A stretch of 64,000 nt of DNA from an uncultured Clostridia bacterium (GCA_934792465.1 CAKVOK010000002.1:23109-87108), one strand, 5' to 3'; positions 46,384 through 57,326 are shown, counted from the first letter of the stretch. The notes: a model not told the origin generated them from the sequence alone. Numbers and translations: made by a program.

Positions 46384-47292
46384 ATGGCAAAAAAGGAAAA
46401 ATCAATATCTGAACGCAATATGTTCAAAGGTGATGTTACGTTCGACATAATAAATCATATAATAGTATTTATCGTTCTTATTATAGTTGCGTATCCGATA
46501 ATTTATGTTGTAAGCGCATCCTTCAGCTCGCCGACGGCGATTATGGCGGGGAAGATAAGGCTTTTGCCGGTTGAGCCGGGGCTTGAGGGATATAAAGTTT
46601 TGCTGAAATATTCAAAGGTGCTTACGGGATTTTACAATTCCGTGATATATACGGTGTTCGGTACGCTGATAAGCATGTTTCTGACGGTATGCGGGGCGTA
46701 TCCGCTGTCACGTCCGGATTTTAAGGTGAGAGGGAAAATACTGCTGATGTTCGCATTTACAATGTGGTTTACGGGCGGCATAATCCCGACGTATATGATA
46801 GTGCAGAAAATAGGCATACTCGATACACGTCTGGCGATTCTGCTCCCCACGGCGATAAGCTTTTACAATCTCACGATTGTAAGGACGTATTTTGTGAACA
46901 GCATACCAAAGGAGCTGAATGAAGCGGCGAGAATAGACGGCTGCGATGATTTCAGATATCTGATAAAAATTGCACTGCCGCTTTCCGTACCTGTGCTGGC
47001 AGTCGTCGGAATGTATTATGCGGTGGGACAATGGAACTCATATTTCAACGCATTTTTATATTTGCAGTCGCAGAAGCTTTTTCCGCTGCAGATAGTATTA
47101 AGGGATATACTTATACTTAATTCGGCAAACGACGCAATCGGCGATTTACAAATTGCAAGCCAAAGAGAATATATGTCGGAGCTTTTGAAATATTCTCTTA
47201 TCGTTGTTTCGTCATTGCCGGTAATAATGATTTATCTTGTAGTCCAGAAGCATTTGATAAAAGGAATTATGATAGGAGCAATAAAAGGCTAA
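46384..47292 (+). CDS. lplC: Carbohydrate ABC transporter permease, LplC type (second copy)
   Basis: It is a paralog of 31342-32223, with the same EAA loop (EAARIDGCDDFRYLIKIALP) and C-terminus KGIMIGAIKG. Confidence 0.8.
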   Translation: MAKKEKSISERNMFKGDVTFDIINHIIVFIVLIIVAYPIIYVVSASFSSPTAIMAGKIRLLPVEPGLEGYKVLLKYSKVLTGFYNSVIYTVFGTLISMFLTVCGAYPLSRPDFKVRGKILLMFAFTMWFTGGIIPTYMIVQKIGILDTRLAILLPTAISFYNLTIVRTYFVNSIPKELNEAARIDGCDDFRYLIKIALPLSVPVLAVVGMYYAVGQWNSYFNAFLYLQSQKLFPLQIVLRDILILNSANDAIGDLQIASQREYMSELLKYSLIVVSSLPVIMIYLVVQKHLIKGIMIGAIKG

Positions 47293-47307
47293 AAGGAGGC
47301 AGGCAAT

Positions 47308-48936
47308 ATGAAAAAATCAATGAAAATCGTTGCGGCGGTATTGACGGCAACACTTATATTCACAGGCTGTTCAAACGGCAAAAAGAAAAAAGAGAACGTA
47401 AACGTAAAGCTTACGGAAACGGGAAGCTATCCCATAGTCGAAGAGCCGGTTACATTATCCGTGCTGACGCCGGCATCGACATATGTAGAAGATTATTCGA
47501 CAAATGAATTTACAAAATATTATGAGAAAAAAACAAATGTAAAAATAGATTGGCAGATAATATCCGGCGAGCTTGCGCAGAAGCTTAATGTTATAATCGC
47601 AAGCGGAAATTATCCCGATGTATTTTTAAACTGTACAATAAAGAAGCCGGCACAGGCACAGTACGGACGCGATGGAATTATACTCCCGCTTAACGATTTG
47701 ATAGAAAAGCATACGGTTAATATTAAAAAGGTACTCGGCGAGAATGAATATATCAAAAAGCAGTATACCGCACCGGACGGCAATATATACGGTCTCGGAG
47801 CTTTCTCCTCCGCATATCATGCGCGTACATCTACGAAGATGTGGGTGTATGAGCCGTGGCTCAAACAATCAGGTATAGATATGCCGGAAACAACTGAGGA
47901 TTTCAAAAACTTTCTTATTAAAGTGCGTGACGGAGATTTCAACGGCAATGGCAAAAAGGACGAAATACCGATTCTCGGACTCGGCACGAGAGATACGATA
48001 AAATTCATTATGAATGCGTTTACGTATATGGACGATTATGAAGATTTTGAGTTCTTTGTTGAAAACGGCAAGGTTGTGTATTCTCCGACAACAGACGGCT
48101 TCAAAGAGGGGCTTAAATATGTCAGAGATTTGTATAAAGAGGGACTTATAGCGAAAGACAGCTTTGTTATAGACCGCCAGCAGAGAACGGCGATAGTGGA
48201 AAACCGGGAATATCCGCTTGTTGCGTGCTGCCCGGCACTTTGGTACGGTCAGTTTACGGTAAACAACGGAGGCACCGGCAGATTTGCGGAATTTACGGCT
48301 GTGCCGCCGCTGACGGGTCCGTCCGGCAGAAAAGCCGCCGCTTTGCGTCAGCCGCTTATAGACGGTCAGAAATTCAGTATTTCAGCATCATGCGAATATC
48401 CCGAGGTTGCTATCCGCTGGATTGACAGATTCTTCTGCGAAGAGGGATTTCTCGATGCGGAAAAAGGTCAGGAGGGCGTAGGCTGGAGAAAGGCTAAGGA
48501 CGGCGAAAAGAATATTTTCGGTCAGCCGGCGAAATATGCCGACCTTACGGGAGAATTCGGTGAAACTCAGAATAAGCATTGGGTGCAGCTTGTTCCGGAA
48601 TACAGAAGTGAAGAAGGCGAATTTTTCTTTGCATCGGACGATACGAGCGGAAAGAGCCTTGAAGCAAGACTTTATAAGGAATCACAGAAATATGAGCCTT
48701 ATGTGGAGGATAAGACGTTGCCGGATATGTTCTACGGCGAGGACGTTATAAACGAATATTCCACCCTGAAAACGAATATTTATAACGAAACATATAAGAT
48801 GGTTGCGGATATGATACTCGGCGATAAGGAAATAGATTCGCAGTGGGATAATTATATAAGCACGCTTGAAAAACAGGGATTGAAAAGATATACGGAAATT
48901 CAGCAGAAAACATATGATAATTATATAAAGAATTAA
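47308..48936 (+). CDS. lplA: Extracellular solute-binding lipoprotein, LplA/YtcQ family (second copy)
   Basis: It has a lipobox (IFTGCSNG) and a ~540-aa size. It immediately follows the lplB/lplC pair. Confidence 0.8.
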   Translation: MKKSMKIVAAVLTATLIFTGCSNGKKKKENVNVKLTETGSYPIVEEPVTLSVLTPASTYVEDYSTNEFTKYYEKKTNVKIDWQIISGELAQKLNVIIASGNYPDVFLNCTIKKPAQAQYGRDGIILPLNDLIEKHTVNIKKVLGENEYIKKQYTAPDGNIYGLGAFSSAYHARTSTKMWVYEPWLKQSGIDMPETTEDFKNFLIKVRDGDFNGNGKKDEIPILGLGTRDTIKFIMNAFTYMDDYEDFEFFVENGKVVYSPTTDGFKEGLKYVRDLYKEGLIAKDSFVIDRQQRTAIVENREYPLVACCPALWYGQFTVNNGGTGRFAEFTAVPPLTGPSGRKAAALRQPLIDGQKFSISASCEYPEVAIRWIDRFFCEEGFLDAEKGQEGVGWRKAKDGEKNIFGQPAKYADLTGEFGETQNKHWVQLVPEYRSEEGEFFFASDDTSGKSLEARLYKESQKYEPYVEDKTLPDMFYGEDVINEYSTLKTNIYNETYKMVADMILGDKEIDSQWDNYISTLEKQGLKRYTEIQQKTYDNYIKN

Positions 48937-48956
48937 TATCAAAAGGAGAGAATGTC

Positions 48957-51170
48957 TTGAATAAACGAAAGGTATTTTTTGCTACATTTTTACTTTCATA
49001 TATTGTGCTTGCGATTGTGATAGCCGTGATTTATACGGGAGTATACGGCAGCTATGCGAAAACCTTAAAAACAAAAAGCGAACAATACAATGTATTGCAG
49101 TTAAAGAAGAACGTTTCGTTTATAGACAAGACACTGCAAAAGATAAATCTAAGCATGGAAGCGGTAAAAAGCTCGGACGCATTTGCGGAAATATGCAATG
49201 CCGACAGCGATGTTGACATTATAAATCTGATTAATATTCAAAACAGCCTGAAAAGCACAGAGGCGGACGAATATCTGTTTAAGGTGCAATATATAAGCCT
49301 GGCGGATAAAAATTTCATTGCGGCGCGCAGCAATTCCACGCTCGGCAAGGAAGAATATTTTTCGAAAATTGTACGTTTTAAAAATTTATCCGATGAAAAG
49401 ATAATGAAAACCGTCAGTTCGGGGAAGAAAAGCCGATATGTATTCCCTGCGGAAACGGTAACGCTGTCCGGCATAAAAACAAAAGCAATATCGGTTGTAA
49501 CGGTTTTCGAAAAAGACGGAAGAAAAATAGGATATATGAACAGCATAATAGCTGTAAAATCCGTGCGTGATGCCGTTATTGATGGATTTGAAAACGGATT
49601 TGCCGCTGTTTATGACGAAAATAAAAATTTGCTGTATGCGGACAAGGATTGTAAAACGGATTTTTACAAATACGACAAAATGCTTTTGAACGGCAAAAAT
49701 GTTGTTATTGCTTCAAGAAGCGATTATAACCGCTGGACATATGTGGTATCGGAAAATCAAAAATATGTTTTCGGAGCACTCAGCAGAGTAAAGCTGCTTA
49801 TATTTGCCGCAACACTGATTGCCATTATATTTGCGCTTGTTTTCGGCAAGCTTTTCATGCGAAAAAACGTAATGCCGATAGGCGAAATACTCGACCTTGT
49901 GGAGCATGACGGGGAAACCGAAGCGAAAAGCAGCATTTACGATAATATATATTCATATGTATTTTTACTGAAAAACGATTTGGAATTGCTGAAAAAATAT
50001 TTTGAGAAAAATGTGAATTTCTTGCAGGGAGGTATTGTAAGAAAGCTTTTGGACGGTGATTTCAAATCTGAAGAGGAGTTGTTTGAGCAATGCCGATATA
50101 CCGGTCTTGATTTTGAAAATCGGCTGTTTTGGATTACGGTGGTAAAATCCGGACCGGAATGGCTCGGACATGAGATTAAAATAAAAAATCAGGAGCTTGT
50201 GGAGGCATTATGCTACGCTGTTCTGGAAAAAAACGGGAAATATTATAAGGACACGGATTTTTATATCTGTCGTGCGGGAGAAAACATAACGGCGATTTTG
50301 TTCAGCAGAGTTTCGGGAGATATTTCAAAGGCGCAGAGGCACAGAGGCGGAATTGAACGTATTCTGAAAAAACAGCTGGACAATAAAATCGGCAAAGAGT
50401 TTTACCTCGGAACGGGAGAAACCGTGGAAGATGCACTTTTGATAAGCCGCAGCTACGGCGAAGTTTTGTCGGCTATTGAAAGGGAAAGGGCAATAAGTAA
50501 CGAAAAAAGCATGTCTATATCCGCAAATTATTGGTATCCTCTTGAAGTGGAGAACCGTATTGCCAATATGACCGTAAATGGCGAAATTGATGGGATTAAA
50601 AAGGTAATTTCGGAAATTGAAGAGAAAAATTTCAAGGAACAAAATCTGACGGATGCAGATTTGCTTGCATTGTATTATGAAATCAAGGCGACGCTTGTAA
50701 AGCTGCTGAAAATGAATTCGGTAGAGGTGTCGGAGGAGGTTATATCGGCACCGGACGAGAAAAAGCCGGAAGCGGCAGTCAGATACATTTTAAACGTCAT
50801 AGAAGAAATATGTAAGGAAAGCGGTAAAAAGAACAAAAACCGCGACGAAGAAAATTATGAAAGAATCAAACATTTCATATATAAAAATTATTGGAATCCG
50901 GATATGTCGCTGACGCTCATAAGCGATAAATTCGGGTTGAACGAAACGTATATCTCGGCTTTATTCAAAAAATACAACGGAAATTATTTGTCTTATCTCG
51001 AAAGCGTAAGGCTTGAATGTGCCTGCAAAATGATGCTGAGCGAAAAAATTAATATAAACGAGGTTGCGGAAATAGTGGGCTACAACAGCGACCAGTCTTT
51101 CAGACGTGCATTCAAGAGGTATTACGGTATATCGCCGACGAGCTATAAGGAGCTTTATAAGAATAAATGA
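48957..51170 (+). CDS. Transmembrane one-component AraC-family regulator with an extracytoplasmic sensor domain (second copy, paralog of 24150-26378)
   Basis: It has an N-terminal TM helix (FLLSYIVLAIVIAVIY) and a second TM helix at about residue 275 (LLIFAATLIAIIFALVFG). The C-terminal AraC HTH is LISDKFGLNETYISALFKK...VAEIVGYNSDQSFRRAFKRYYGISPTSYK. It has a TTG start after an AAAGGAGAG RBS. Confidence 0.7.
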   Translation: MNKRKVFFATFLLSYIVLAIVIAVIYTGVYGSYAKTLKTKSEQYNVLQLKKNVSFIDKTLQKINLSMEAVKSSDAFAEICNADSDVDIINLINIQNSLKSTEADEYLFKVQYISLADKNFIAARSNSTLGKEEYFSKIVRFKNLSDEKIMKTVSSGKKSRYVFPAETVTLSGIKTKAISVVTVFEKDGRKIGYMNSIIAVKSVRDAVIDGFENGFAAVYDENKNLLYADKDCKTDFYKYDKMLLNGKNVVIASRSDYNRWTYVVSENQKYVFGALSRVKLLIFAATLIAIIFALVFGKLFMRKNVMPIGEILDLVEHDGETEAKSSIYDNIYSYVFLLKNDLELLKKYFEKNVNFLQGGIVRKLLDGDFKSEEELFEQCRYTGLDFENRLFWITVVKSGPEWLGHEIKIKNQELVEALCYAVLEKNGKYYKDTDFYICRAGENITAILFSRVSGDISKAQRHRGGIERILKKQLDNKIGKEFYLGTGETVEDALLISRSYGEVLSAIERERAISNEKSMSISANYWYPLEVENRIANMTVNGEIDGIKKVISEIEEKNFKEQNLTDADLLALYYEIKATLVKLLKMNSVEVSEEVISAPDEKKPEAAVRYILNVIEEICKESGKKNKNRDEENYERIKHFIYKNYWNPDMSLTLISDKFGLNETYISALFKKYNGNYLSYLESVRLECACKMMLSEKININEVAEIVGYNSDQSFRRAFKRYYGISPTSYKELYKNK

Positions 51171-51199
51171 CAGAGATACATTAATCGGGAGGAAAGTAT

Positions 51200-54100
51200 A
51201 TGAGTTTCAAAAAAATATGTGCGTTTATGCTGTGCGTATTCATGCTGATTCCGTCGCTTTGTTCGGCGGAGGAAACGCTGTGGACGGAGAAGAATATTTC
51301 CGTGGACGAAACACAGCTGAATTGGGTCGGCGAAAGAAAATTTGATGATGTAAAGCCGATAACGAGAGGAGAAACGGCGGCACTCACGGCAAAGGCTCTC
51401 GGCATGGTTTATGCCGGTGATGACAGAAAATATAAAGACGTAAGCCAGGTATACGGTAACAGAATAAGTGCGGTAACGGCACTCAATATAATGCAGGGCA
51501 GCAGCGACGGATATTTTTATCCGGATTCGTATATTACGAGAGAAGAGCTTGCGGCTGTTGCCGTAAGGGCATATAATGCAGTATCACAGACACCTGTGTC
51601 GGCAGAGATTAAAGAGGATGCATACAACGATTTTGATATGATAAGCGACTGGGCGGCGGAATATGTGTTCGCAGCCGTTCAGCTGAAAGCGATTTCGGCA
51701 AAAAATAAGCTGATACGTCCGAAAGATTACGCAACAAGAGCGGAATGTATAGAGGCTGTGGCAAAGGCGGCAGGCTTAAAAATGTTCGAGTATACCAAAA
51801 CGGAAGCAAAGCAGCAGGATAAGACCGAAGCCGTTCAGAAGCCGCAGCAGGATTCGGGAAAGCTTATAACGGAGGTTAGCGAAGTCGGCGACAGTATTTT
51901 AAATGGCAGAGATATGGGAACCGTTGCCGAACTTGACGCTTCAAAAGATGTCAGCAAGGAATATGAGGTGTATCAAAAAGCGGTTGTAAGGAATCAGATG
52001 GGTACGAGCGGAATCTATATGAAAGCAAGATTTTCGGCAGGGAGTGCGGTAAAGCTTTATGCGGCAAGAACAACCGAGATACCGGAAATCGAAACCTCCG
52101 CACCGTATGCTCCGTCGTCATATCTTCGGGTATGCGACCCGGACGGCACTCTTGTGGGATTTTACGATTTTACGGATATTGAAGGCAAAAAGGCAATAGA
52201 AGTAGTGCCCTCGGTTAAAAAAGAGGGAATATGGACATTTACGTTTACGGGATGCCGTACAAACGATACGGTGGAATTCGGATTCGGCGGTGCTTCGTCA
52301 TGGGGAATAGGCGGCATGTCGGCATTTGTTCCGACAGAAACCACTCCGAACGAGATGTATGTATACTGCCAGCCACAGGCAATGGAAATACAGGTCGTTA
52401 CGGGTGCGAACGCAACGGTTGCGTTCAGCGATGAAACCGGCAAAAAAATAAGTCCCGAAGAGTTTAATTCATCGTGGTACAAGAAAAAATACACAGCAAA
52501 GCCGGCAATCGGCGACAGCGTGTATAAGCTGGAAATCGGCAAAGGCAGAGATGCGATAGCCATAGATATGGCACCGTCGCTGATGTGTCCCACTGCGGAA
52601 ATGGCTAAGGATTTGAAAGGCGGCTGGGTAGAAAGCCACGGCAAGCTTATGCAGGGACCGTTGCAGGCACGAATCAGAGATTTGGCGGTTAATATTGTTG
52701 ACAATTGCAATCTCGATGTCGATATAGGCGAAATTCCGCCGCTGCCGGCAAAGGAAGATATTAAGAATATCATGGCGGAAGCACAGATGTTCGGCAAATA
52801 TGCACCTATAGGCGGATTGAATTATGCTTTTAATATGCAGATTTTAGATACTGATGATATTTTCCTCGGATATATGGCAACGGAAAATGTGAAAAACGGC
52901 ACTGAAAAATTTGCCGATTATCAGGCAGGCGAATTTATGCAGGTAAATTTAAATCCTCTTGACGGAATGAGCGCCGCATTGAGAATACCGGCACAGCTTA
53001 ATTATTTTTACGGCAACGAAGCGCTTATGCGCCGCTGTGAGCTGTATCTTTTGAGTGGACTCTACAGCTTAAGCGAGGATATGTATGCCAGAGAGAACAG
53101 GCTTGATTCCGGTTCGACGGGCACAACGCACGCAGGCTTTTTCTTTAAATATACAACGCACGCATACCAGCTGCTGAAACCGCTTCTCCCGAAAGAAGAT
53201 CTTGAGATTATAGAGGAAGCAATAATAGCATATGCGGACGCACAGCCGAACTACAGGGGATATGTTACAAATCAAATGCTTCATGCTAACGAAGGGCTTT
53301 TGTGTACATATATTTCAACCGGCATCGAGCGTTATCATGAGGCTTGGAAACGTCAGATAAGAACCGTGATAAATCCTGTTAAAGGCTGGGACGGCTTCGG
53401 ATTTAATCACGAGGGCGGATATTATATTGAACAGCTGGGCTGCGATGGAAACTACAGCTGGCTGAATCAGTATTTCTTTGCGAATATGTACCGCGAATAC
53501 AGCTTGCTTGATACGGCAGATGAGGAAATATACACGGCAATGAGAAATATAATACACGAAAATATGGTATTTGAAAGCTATGCATGGCTTACGAATCCTT
53601 TGAACTGTGAGCAGGATTTCCCGATGTCCGATTCTTTTACAAGCCGTACAAAATCGTGGCACGGTTATATTAACGGATTCCCCGGAAAAGAACGTGTTAT
53701 GGATATAGAACCGCTGGCGAAACGCAGACAGCTTTTGCAGTATCATGACGATACGGGACCGTCATTCCCGTCAAGCGTATTTCCGCATTTGCTGAATAAT
53801 GAGGATTGGGCATATCAGCATATAAAGGAGCATTACACGGAATACGACAAGAAATTTGAACAGCACACAGGCGGCTGGACGAACGACTTGTACGGATTGT
53901 TTGAGGACGCATATTACGGCGAGAATAAAGACATGGAACCGGCGCAGCTCCCGTGCGAGGGCGAGGACGGAATCAAAGAATATCAGGGATTTATAGCATA
54001 TAAAAACAAGGGAATCTACGGCTATACGTTTTATAATTTCAGGCAGGAATGGAATCTCCCGGCTATATCGTGGATGGGCGGAGGACCGAACATAATCTGG

Positions 54101-54616
54101 AGCGAAAAAACGGGCGGCAGCCTTATGGGACAGAAGCCAACGGATTATGCAAATCCGAAAAACGTGGATTCACCGGACAAAATAAAACATTCCTGCGTAT
54201 ACTTTACGGACGCTTCGGGAACGTTCATAGCAAGCGGAAAGGAAAAAGCTTCGCTGAAATGGATTGAGGAAAACAAAATCTGGGAAATATCCGGAACTAT
54301 GCCGGAAACGAATCAGACGGTTACGTGGAGATATGAGCTTACGGACAGCGGAATCAGAATCGCAGTATCGTTATCATCTCCGAAAGGCATAACAGCATGG
54401 GTTAATCTGCCGTTGTTTGAAAATAATAAGGGAACTGCTTTGAGGGTTGAAAAATACAGCGAGGGCAGCCTGGACATAGGCAGAGGAAGCAATATTATGA
54501 CATACAAATGGGATTCCGATAAATCCAAGCTTGAGGAAGCCGGTGATTTGGTGAGAAATTTAAGAATACAGATCCCGAAAAGCGGAAAAGTCACAATAGA
54601 TATTTCGTGCAGATAG
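51200..54616 (+). CDS. Large SLH-anchored secreted protein (1138 aa). Its domains, in order: N-terminal SLH repeats, beta-sandwich region, predicted (alpha/alpha)-toroid region, C-terminal beta-sandwich. It belongs to no recognisable CAZy family and is a candidate novel glycan-active enzyme.
   Basis: It has a signal peptide. The SLH repeats are ITRGETAALTAKALG, YITREELAAVAVRAY and YATRAECIEAVAKAAG. The conserved block IDMAPSLMCPTAEMAKDLKGGW and a helical region with repeated aromatic-rich helices are shared with the 58537 protein. Confidence 0.55.
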   Translation: MSFKKICAFMLCVFMLIPSLCSAEETLWTEKNISVDETQLNWVGERKFDDVKPITRGETAALTAKALGMVYAGDDRKYKDVSQVYGNRISAVTALNIMQGSSDGYFYPDSYITREELAAVAVRAYNAVSQTPVSAEIKEDAYNDFDMISDWAAEYVFAAVQLKAISAKNKLIRPKDYATRAECIEAVAKAAGLKMFEYTKTEAKQQDKTEAVQKPQQDSGKLITEVSEVGDSILNGRDMGTVAELDASKDVSKEYEVYQKAVVRNQMGTSGIYMKARFSAGSAVKLYAARTTEIPEIETSAPYAPSSYLRVCDPDGTLVGFYDFTDIEGKKAIEVVPSVKKEGIWTFTFTGCRTNDTVEFGFGGASSWGIGGMSAFVPTETTPNEMYVYCQPQAMEIQVVTGANATVAFSDETGKKISPEEFNSSWYKKKYTAKPAIGDSVYKLEIGKGRDAIAIDMAPSLMCPTAEMAKDLKGGWVESHGKLMQGPLQARIRDLAVNIVDNCNLDVDIGEIPPLPAKEDIKNIMAEAQMFGKYAPIGGLNYAFNMQILDTDDIFLGYMATENVKNGTEKFADYQAGEFMQVNLNPLDGMSAALRIPAQLNYFYGNEALMRRCELYLLSGLYSLSEDMYARENRLDSGSTGTTHAGFFFKYTTHAYQLLKPLLPKEDLEIIEEAIIAYADAQPNYRGYVTNQMLHANEGLLCTYISTGIERYHEAWKRQIRTVINPVKGWDGFGFNHEGGYYIEQLGCDGNYSWLNQYFFANMYREYSLLDTADEEIYTAMRNIIHENMVFESYAWLTNPLNCEQDFPMSDSFTSRTKSWHGYINGFPGKERVMDIEPLAKRRQLLQYHDDTGPSFPSSVFPHLLNNEDWAYQHIKEHYTEYDKKFEQHTGGWTNDLYGLFEDAYYGENKDMEPAQLPCEGEDGIKEYQGFIAYKNKGIYGYTFYNFRQEWNLPAISWMGGGPNIIWSEKTGGSLMGQKPTDYANPKNVDSPDKIKHSCVYFTDASGTFIASGKEKASLKWIEENKIWEISGTMPETNQTVTWRYELTDSGIRIAVSLSSPKGITAWVNLPLFENNKGTALRVEKYSEGSLDIGRGSNIMTYKWDSDKSKLEEAGDLVRNLRIQIPKSGKVTIDISCR

Positions 54617-54627
54617 GAGAATTCAAA

Positions 54628-55902
54628 ATGAAAAGAATTTGTTTGTTGTTATGTACGGTAATTTTCTTCGCCATGCCCTGCATGGCGGAGAAAAACGGCA
54701 GAAACTATATTTTTGAAACGGATTTCGGAGGATATACCGAGGGTGACGACGCAATAAAATACTTGGCGTCAACGGGGCTTACGTCAACGTTTTCAGCAGA
54801 AATGGGCGACAGGATTGAGATATGCGACGGTGCTTTGTATGTTGATATATCCGAGAGAAGCAGCGGATTTCCGAGTATGAAAATACCGAAATCCTATACA
54901 CAGGATAAAGACGTGCTTGTATTGGAATTTGATTTGAAGCTTGCCGGGAAATTGAGCGCAATGACGTTTCCGCAGTTTGGTACGATTGCCCAGACGTGGA
55001 TGGGCGTAAGCTCTAACGATACGGCACTTGACGCACGCTTTACGGATGCGTCCGTGACAAGCGGAAACAAATGGAGAAGTGCCGGAGTAATATTCAAATG
55101 GGGAGAAAATGCGCCGTGGTATCATTTTAAATATACAGTTGATGTCGGTGCGTCAAAAATGGCGGTAAACGTGAGCGGCGAACCGAGCTTCAACGACAAT
55201 AACATACCGATATTTTCGGGTTCGGGCATACCCGTAATATCTTTTGATATACGGGGCGGAGCATATATGATAGATAATATAGAGCTTTATACTATGGGCA
55301 AAATGCAGATTAAAAGCTCCGGTATTCAAAACGGCGATGTAAATGTTCCGTGCGAAAAATCCGTAGATATAGAGTTTACACAGGATGTGGACGAAAGCAC
55401 GTTAAACGAAATCACGATATCGGGACTTGAAACCGGAGATTATACCGTAGAAAAGATAAACGGTAATATGGTGCGCATTAAGTTTAAAAAGCCTCTGGAA
55501 TATGCCACCGAATATACAGTGAATGCAGAGAAAATTAAAGCGGTAAACGGACTTGCGGCGGACGGAGCGGTAATAAGCTTTACAACGGAAGCCGCACCGG
55601 AGGTATATATAAAAGACGTTTCCGCAGTTTATGACGGAAATATGCAAACGGTGACGGTAAAGGTTGCGAATACGTCTGCCGAAAGTAAAAGCATGACTCT
55701 GTTTATGGCGGTATACGACGAATATAACAGCTTAACGCAAATGAACTGTATCAGCTGCACTGCGGAAGCGGAAAGCGAGAAAACCGCTGTGCTTGCGCAG
55801 AAGAATGCGAACGGCACGGTGAAACTGTATCTGTGGAACAGTGCAGAGCTTATGCAGCCGTATTGCATGGAATACATGCCGGATTTTACGGAGGGTAACT
55901 GA
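54628..55902 (+). CDS. Secreted ConA/LamG-like domain protein with a C-terminal Ig-like domain (Y-E-x-D-F family member)
   Basis: It has a signal peptide (FFAMPCMA), then NYIFETDFGG. The LamG-like core ends YMIDNIELY. It is followed by Ig-like beta domains. Confidence 0.5.
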   Translation: MKRICLLLCTVIFFAMPCMAEKNGRNYIFETDFGGYTEGDDAIKYLASTGLTSTFSAEMGDRIEICDGALYVDISERSSGFPSMKIPKSYTQDKDVLVLEFDLKLAGKLSAMTFPQFGTIAQTWMGVSSNDTALDARFTDASVTSGNKWRSAGVIFKWGENAPWYHFKYTVDVGASKMAVNVSGEPSFNDNNIPIFSGSGIPVISFDIRGGAYMIDNIELYTMGKMQIKSSGIQNGDVNVPCEKSVDIEFTQDVDESTLNEITISGLETGDYTVEKINGNMVRIKFKKPLEYATEYTVNAEKIKAVNGLAADGAVISFTTEAAPEVYIKDVSAVYDGNMQTVTVKVANTSAESKSMTLFMAVYDEYNSLTQMNCISCTAEAESEKTAVLAQKNANGTVKLYLWNSAELMQPYCMEYMPDFTEGN

Positions 55903-55903
55903 T

Positions 55904-57262
55904 ATGAAAAAAATATTTATTTTAGTAATGCTTGCCGTATCGGTGTTTGGTACATCGTATGCCGCCGGCATTGAAACGATATATGAGGAAGATTTTGAAA
56001 CCACGGGCAAATTAACGGCTGTGCAATACATGGACGAAAATGCGAATATAGAACAGCCGAAAGTAACGAATAGCGGACTGAAAAGTATAGATTTCGTGAA
56101 GGAGGGCGGCTCGAATGCACTTAAATTCACGGGATATACTTCATCGGAGTTGTCGGGAAACGGCACAAAAACAGTAAACTTTGTTTTTGACAAACCGTAT
56201 ACGCTTGCGGATTATCCGAATACCAAGCTTGTTGTTTCGTTCTCGGAATATATAACGCTTGCCGATGCGAATGCATATGAGCATACATATATTCAAGGCG
56301 GCGGGAAAAATGTTATTCAGATGTTCTGGTCGGCAAAGAATGGCGAAGCACCCTTATACAGATGCAATAACAAGGGCAATATAGGCAAAAAAGCGGACTT
56401 GAACCGAAAAATAGAATCAATATATGTTTTTGATATGGAAAACAAAATGTTCGATTTTATTTTCGACGGCAGCGAGTTTAATTCAAATTCTATGATGTCC
56501 GATACGGTTACGCAAATAGACATGTTGGGATTCAAAATAGAAAAAGGACATATATTTTCAGTCGATAATATAAAGGTTTATGCCATATCTGCCGGTGTTC
56601 CGCTCGAAATAACCGAGCCGAGTCTGAACGGCGATGAAAACGTGAACGTGGAAAGCGGATTTACGGCGAAAATTTCTTCGTACATTAAAAATGAAGATAA
56701 AATAAGTGTGACGGCAGGCGGCACAACACTTGATAAAAGCAAATATTCGATAAATCAGAAATATGTTGCCGAGGACGGCGGATATGTTCTGCTTACGCTG
56801 AAATTTAACGAAAAGCTTGATTATCTTACAAAATATGAAATAATATTTGATTCCGAGCTTAAAGACATAACGGGGACGGCGTTGGGTGAAACAAAAATAT
56901 TTGCGTTTACGACCGAAAAAGAAGCGAGAGTATATATGAACGGAGTTGAATGTTTTTCGGGATTTTCGGGCACCGGAGAACGGCTTATATCCGTTGCCGA
57001 GGCAAACGGGAAATATGTAACGTTTCGTATATCGGCGGCAAATGACTTTACATCGGAAAAAACAGGCGCATTTGTTGTAGAATGTTGTGATGCCGACGGA
57101 AATCCGCTCACAAAAGCTGTTCTGGAGGGGAAATTTATTGCCGGAGAAAACAGTTTTACATACGGCACATATATCGGAAACGATATATGCAGCGTGAAAG
57201 CGTATGTTATTGATTCTGTGATCGGCGGGAAAATGATGTCCGATACGGCGGTGTTTGAATAA
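55904..57262 (+). CDS. Secreted ConA/LamG-like domain protein with a C-terminal Ig-like domain (Y-E-x-D-F family member)
   Basis: It has a signal peptide (VFGTSYAAG), then IETIYEEDFETTG. The core ends IFSVDNIKVY. It is a paralog of 57327-58532. Confidence 0.5.
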   Translation: MKKIFILVMLAVSVFGTSYAAGIETIYEEDFETTGKLTAVQYMDENANIEQPKVTNSGLKSIDFVKEGGSNALKFTGYTSSELSGNGTKTVNFVFDKPYTLADYPNTKLVVSFSEYITLADANAYEHTYIQGGGKNVIQMFWSAKNGEAPLYRCNNKGNIGKKADLNRKIESIYVFDMENKMFDFIFDGSEFNSNSMMSDTVTQIDMLGFKIEKGHIFSVDNIKVYAISAGVPLEITEPSLNGDENVNVESGFTAKISSYIKNEDKISVTAGGTTLDKSKYSINQKYVAEDGGYVLLTLKFNEKLDYLTKYEIIFDSELKDITGTALGETKIFAFTTEKEARVYMNGVECFSGFSGTGERLISVAEANGKYVTFRISAANDFTSEKTGAFVVECCDADGNPLTKAVLEGKFIAGENSFTYGTYIGNDICSVKAYVIDSVIGGKMMSDTAVFE

Positions 57263-57326
57263 AATAGATAATTGCATTATAATATTTTACAATTAACCGA
57301 TTTGAATAAACCGAAAGGAGAAAATA

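Noticed and set aside
45549-46448. 299-aa minus-strand ORF
   Set aside because: It lies antisense to the lplB-type permease, which is well supported.
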